NCBI RefSeq assembly: GCF_001194135.2
Contig: NC_068993.1
Location: forward strand, 34,306,909 to 34,347,069
From: Octopus bimaculoides
Lineage: Eukaryota
Reading direction: 5' to 3'
DNA: 40,161 nt
Shown here: in pieces, positions 35,638 to 40,161 of the stretch
How positions within the stretch are numbered: the stretch's first letter is position 1
Layout: every line of letters begins with the position of its first letter
Program-made: the position numbers and the translations under genes
Notes under the pieces: model-generated
The model's database searches: none
Seen by the model: only the letters and a program-made list of their open reading frames with translations
Told to the model about the DNA's origin: nothing

Positions 35638-36522
35638 CGTGGTGTTTTCAAAAAGTACCCGACTATATTTTTTCCCGCCAAAAGTACACCTGCACGAGAA
35701 CAATCCTTTGGGTGGAACGTGACGCCACCCTTACCTGCGCATGCTTGAACATTTTTGCGCCGATAAGCCACCTCAGCTCCCGGCTGTTACACCTAAAGTA
35801 CAGAGGTGTAGTGCGTATTCGTCGATATATTCATTTTCACAGAACGCATCATGCAGAGATATTGCATCGTGTTTGCCAAAAGCTTGGTAATACTCAAACT
35901 TAAACTACCCCCAGAATTCAAGTAGCCTTCAGCGATGATGTCACGGAAAGACTTAGATCAAGGACTGGTACCACAGCTTGAAACATGGCCGCGCCTCGGT
36001 GTAGATCGAGAACCGCTCAGGCAGGCCATCCACAAGCTGAATCGAGGAGCGGATCCAGAAAGTTCGGTGAATAGTCATGGAAGACTGTCGAGTAGCAATC
36101 TGGGAAATTGTTCACAAGGTGGAAATAATCACAGGAGTGGTGCATTCTATTTTAACAGAGAATTTGGGTATGCGGTGAGTGTGGGCGAAATTGGCTTCAA
36201 AGTTGCAGGCAGAACAGCAGAAGCAACTCCGCATGGATATCACTCAGGACATGTTGCACTGTGCAAACCACGACCCAGACTTCATGAAGATCATCACTGG
36301 TGATGAGATATGGGTTTATGGTCTCTGCTCGATACGTCATCTTGCGTGAAAACGAAAATTTGACAAGTGCGCACTACATATTTGTACTCTAAGGCGTTAC
36401 TTCCAGGAACTGACACAGGTGTTAATGAATAATTTACGCATACGCACGAAGTGTGGCGCCACCTTTCGTCCAAAGGATTTTGCCTCCGCCTGTATTAGTT
36501 TTGGTGGGATATAATAAAGCCG
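35638..36522 (+). mobile_element. Second mariner (irritans/Hsmar2-like), internally deleted, long imperfect TIRs
   Basis: 5' end cgtggtgttttcaaaaagtacccgac; frameshifted transposase ERIMQRYC..CQKLGNTQ..RSGRPSTS..HSILTENLGMR..QDMLHCANHDPDFMKIITGDEIWVYG ending ~36322; ~35655-35760 is an imperfect inverted match to ~36420-36522. Confidence 0.85.
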
Positions 36523-36830
36523 TGTTGTTCGTTTAATGATTGTGTTTGGTTATGTGATAGTATTCGTATAAATTCTCCAAGCGTAAGTTAAGTAACACTG
36601 AGCCATTTGGCCCAGGAATGGAGAATCCAAATCAGACATGGACCAAGATCTATCGTTATGGTAACTTTTTCAAAGGTCTTGTTTGTTCATCCTTTCTTTC
36701 GAATATATATCTTACTCCTTCAACGATGCACCACTTGCAGAAATTCTGTTCTAGGTTGATACAATACTACATTTCTTTTATTTGCATTTCAAGTTGGTGT
36801 TTTAGTGGCAAGCAAGCGTGAGCAGTTATT

Positions 36831-37244
36831 ACTCTTTTACTCTTTTACTTGTTTCAGTCTTTTGACTGTGGTCATGCTGGAGCAGCGCCTTTATTCGAGC
36901 AAATCGACCCCAGGACTTATACTTTAGAAGCCTAGTACTTATTCTATCGGTCTCTTTTGCCGAACCGCTAAGTTACGGGGACATAAAGACACCAGCATCG
37001 GTTGTCAAACGATGTTGGGGGTACAAACACAGACACACAAACACATACACACATACATATATATATATATATACATATATACGACAAGCTTCTTTCAGTT
37101 TCCATCTACCAAATCCACTCACAAGGCTTTGGTTGGCCCGAGGCTTGGGTAGAAGACACTTGCCCAACATGCCACGCAGTGGGACTGAACCCGGAACCAT
37201 GTGGTTGGTAAGCAAGCTATTTACCACACAGCCACTCCTACGCC
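36831..37244 (-). mobile_element. SINE family A, full length
   Basis: Minus strand: GGCGTAGGAGTGGCTGTGTGGTAA (A-box-like), GGTTCCGGGTTCAGTCCC (B-box-like), CTTGGGCAAGTGTCTT, internal (TA)(TG) microsatellite, (AAGAGTAA)n tail; possible 5-bp TSD ttatt (36826-36830, 37245-37249). Confidence 0.92.
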
Positions 37245-37639
37245 TTATTGTATATACCTATTATATTACGTCATTAGACACTATTTTATCTGTACTGTAT
37301 GCAAAATTATCTAAATCTACATACAAAATCTCGTATTTCTGGGAAAGGCCTTTCCCCTTCAAACTCGATTCTATATTTTGGTGATGTTTCCCAATATATA
37401 AATGCTTTCCGAAATTAAATTGCACTTCATGTCTGAAACTCTTCGAAGCTATAAGGCGATACGAAGTTCATTGCATACTTTCTTGTTCCCGTGTCATTTA
37501 CATTATCTCTTATTAGGCTCTATTCTCGACTAACGCTTTCTCTGAAACATGCGTATATCGATTTCTAACATCAGATTCATTAGTATCGTTATGCCTAAGC
37601 GAAATTCTGTTGCTGCTGCTACTCCCCCCCCCTCCTCCT

Positions 37640-39297
37640 GATTCGGATTCGATGTACGCATTCGCCACCTCCGCTCGACCTTTCAGAGACAGCTTTCTCT
37701 CGGCCCATTTCTGGGTGAGATTGGCTACCTTGCTCGTCACCTCGTCCAAGTTCTTCTCCCTCTGGGAGTCCGGACCAAATTAGACTCCGAGCAAATGAAT
37801 GGGATCGTCTGTCCAGCTCCCCCACCATGCTGTTGGACGGCATGGACTTGCCTCTCCAGGGGCCGAGTTGCAAGCCCACTGACTTTCCGCATTTATTTTT
37901 GTTCCTATCATCGCTTCATATTCCTGTAGTGTTTCGTCTGTGGTCCGACACTATGACGCTGACATCATCAGCCTAAGCAGACACACTTCTCCCACATCCT
38001 GAATCACGCGGGGAACACCTCAAATCCTCCAACTTCCGCAGTAATGGCTCAAGAGTCAGTACATAGAGAAGGGAGGACAGAGGGCACTCTTGACCGACCA
38101 AACGCTAGATGCTGAAGGGCTCCGACAGGTGACCATTCACCCGAACAACCGAGCAGATACCGCTGTCCAAAGCAGCAATCCAACCGCAGAAAACTGGATC
38201 GACACTGGCTGCCCTGAGGACAACTGCCAAGTATTGATAGTCGACCCTATCAAAAGCTTTAAATTGATCTAAATTGGTCAGAGCCCCACTCATACCAGTT
38301 TCGTTATCCACCTTTTCCATATATGTAGGGCATAAGATGGAGGTTATCGTGAATAGTTCTGGTTGGGATGGCGCAAATTTGCGCCTCGCCAACCAGTTTG
38401 TCCACGATAAGCACCAATCTCTTGGCTAACACCTTCACCAAACTTTTCAACTCTTCATTGAGCAGAGTGATGGCCCTGAAACTCTCTGTAACGTCCCCCT
38501 TGTTTGGGTCCTTTCTCAGCAGTGCCACTATCCTTCGACAGACAAAAGTGAGAATCCTCCCATTTTTTTGCCAGTTGCAGTAGAGGTTTGCTAAGAGGTC
38601 TGCAAACATGTCTGGCATCGAAATATAAAGCTCGTAGGGCAGACAATCCAAACTCGGTGATCTACCTCTCGTGCAACTCTTCATCGATTCCTGTATTACT
38701 TCGCTTGTTATCGGCCTTTCGTAGCACTCCGCCTCGCTGGCCAAGAGTTGTAGAAGGCCTCCAGGTAGACACCGAAGTCTGCCCTGTTATACGTCCTACC
38801 ATTCGTCTCGCACAGTCGAGCAAAGTGTCGCTGAAAAGCTGCACGCATGTATTTCGACCCGACGTAACACATTCGCTCTGGTCCACCATAGACCGAATGA
38901 TGGCTTTATGGCCACTTTTCGCCTCCATCACGCGGGCCCATCGTGACGCTTTCGTTCCCTCCCCGCTTAGAGAACGTGCCTTAGCTCTGACAACGCAGAC
39001 TTCGTGTTTGGCGTCGAAAAATTAGTCGAGAGCCAACCTCGCTGCCAACACTTCAGTTGCGATGCATGTCCTAAGCGCCTCATCTAACTTTCTAACTAAA
39101 TCTTCCTTCATTCTATTTCTACCGCTAATGCCTTGCTAAACCTAATCGCTTCTACTCTAATTGCTTTCTTAAGAGCAAACCACCAGTTGTTGTTGACGAT
39201 TACAGCCGTCAACGCCCGCTTAATTAATTCTCTAATCTGGTCTCTATAAGCTTGACACGCCAGTAACATGTTCAGCTTCCTGTAACCGGGAACCTGT
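37640..39297 (-). mobile_element. L1/Tx1-clade LINE ORF2 relic (RT)
   Basis: PGYRKLN; GRSPSLDCLPYELY; FRAITLLN..KSLVKVLAKRL; DQFKAFDRVD; VRVNGHLSEPF; *ADDV (YADD with TAG, ~37955-37970); KINAEKSVGLQLGPWRGK; KLSLKGRAEVAN. Stops and frameshifts. Confidence 0.93.
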
Positions 39298-39397
39298 CTT
39301 CTTCTTCTTCTTCTTCTTCTTCTTCTTCTTCTTCTTCTTCTTCTTCTTCTTCTTCTTCTTCTTCTTCTTCTTCTTCTTCTTCTTCTTCTTCTTCTTC
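39297..39397. repeat. (TTC)n microsatellite
   Basis: Seen directly; source of the poly-E ORF. Confidence 0.98.
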
Positions 39398-39419
39398 TAT
39401 AGGTGTGTGTGTGTATGTA

Positions 39420-39560
39420 TAGTTGAAATTTACAGAAAAAGCAGAAGACGAAGACAGGTGTATAAATTTGACGCTCGGAAGGTGAGAAAGTCTTTTACGT
39501 TTTGAGTCTACGCTCTTCAACAGAATGGAACGCGAGAAAATAAACGGAAAGAGAATAAAA
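39420..39560 (-). mobile_element. Short repeat carrying a hammerhead-like motif (copy 2)
   Basis: Motif 39492-39527: CATT-CTGTTGA-A-GAG-CGTAGA-CTC-AAAAC-GTA-AAAG; homologous to 19131-19300. Confidence 0.7.
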
Positions 39561-39825
39561 AAAAAAACAGAGAGAATGGAAACTTTTGGAATTAGCGGTC
39601 AATCATGGCAACATATCTTGAAGGAGAAGTATGTGCGTGTTTGTGCATGTGTGTTTGTGTGTGTGTGTGTTTGTGTGTGTGTGTTCGCATGTGTTTGTGT
39701 GCGTATGTGTATGTATGTATCTGTATATGTATCATGTTTCTATGCACAGGCACAGCAAGAAAGAAGATAGAGAGAGGGGATCTAAACAGATCTGGGGCTG
39801 CGTAAACATTATTCATCAAATATCA

Positions 39826-39865
39826 ACCGCGTATCATGAAGCTTTTGGCTCCATTCATCAGTTCC
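39826..39865 (-). ncRNA. Degenerate hammerhead-like motif
   Basis: CTGATGA-ATGGAGC-CAAAA-GCTTCAT-GATAC: 7-bp stem II (one G-U) directly after the core; GATA instead of GAAA; no convincing stem I. Confidence 0.3.
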
Positions 39866-40161
39866 GGTCACATCACAAATACCAAGTGATGATGATGCTA
39901 GGCATAGAATATAGCTTAACGTTTCTAGGATATTAGTTTAAACACATACATATGCAACTTCGCCCTAACAAAATAGCAAATTAAACTTTATATGTTCATT
40001 CTTATCTATATAGATACACAATCAGAGGTACGTAGAGACACATATATACACACGAGTGCGTACACAGGTATTTTTTCTCTCTCTCTCATTTAGTCTGCCT
40101 GTCTCGCTTCCTCTCTCTGCATATATATATATGTATATATATATATATGTATATATATATA

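Overview
AT-rich, microsatellite-dense eukaryotic draft-assembly sequence with 10 N-gaps, most flanked by simple repeats. The SINE families resemble, from recall only, those of coleoid cephalopods, probably Octopus; this is inference, not a database result. I recognise no host protein-coding gene, rRNA, true tRNA or CRISPR array, and most ORFs in the track are microsatellite or N-gap artefacts. The window is a transposon graveyard: a near-full-length Hsmar1-like mariner with both TIRs and TA TSDs (8630-10468) carrying a nested poly(A)-tailed LINE 3' end, a second internally deleted mariner with long TIRs, L1/Tx1, RTE, R4/Dong-like and HERO-like LINE relics, three Penelope-like element (PLE) relics and many tRNA-derived SINEs. 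Most notable, read directly from the sequence: an RTE LINE C-terminus with three tandem C2H2 fingers; five minimal hammerhead-ribozyme-like motifs, two sharing a CUGU-N-GA core variant; a PLE with twin-priming-type 5' inversion geometry; a co-oriented cluster of (TAA)n-associated elements; an inverted SINE pair sharing a diagnostic deletion; a 101-bp perfect inverted repeat across a gap; and a 7-copy 64-bp minisatellite with two hairpins per unit. I cannot claim an intact new system: all coding elements are decayed.
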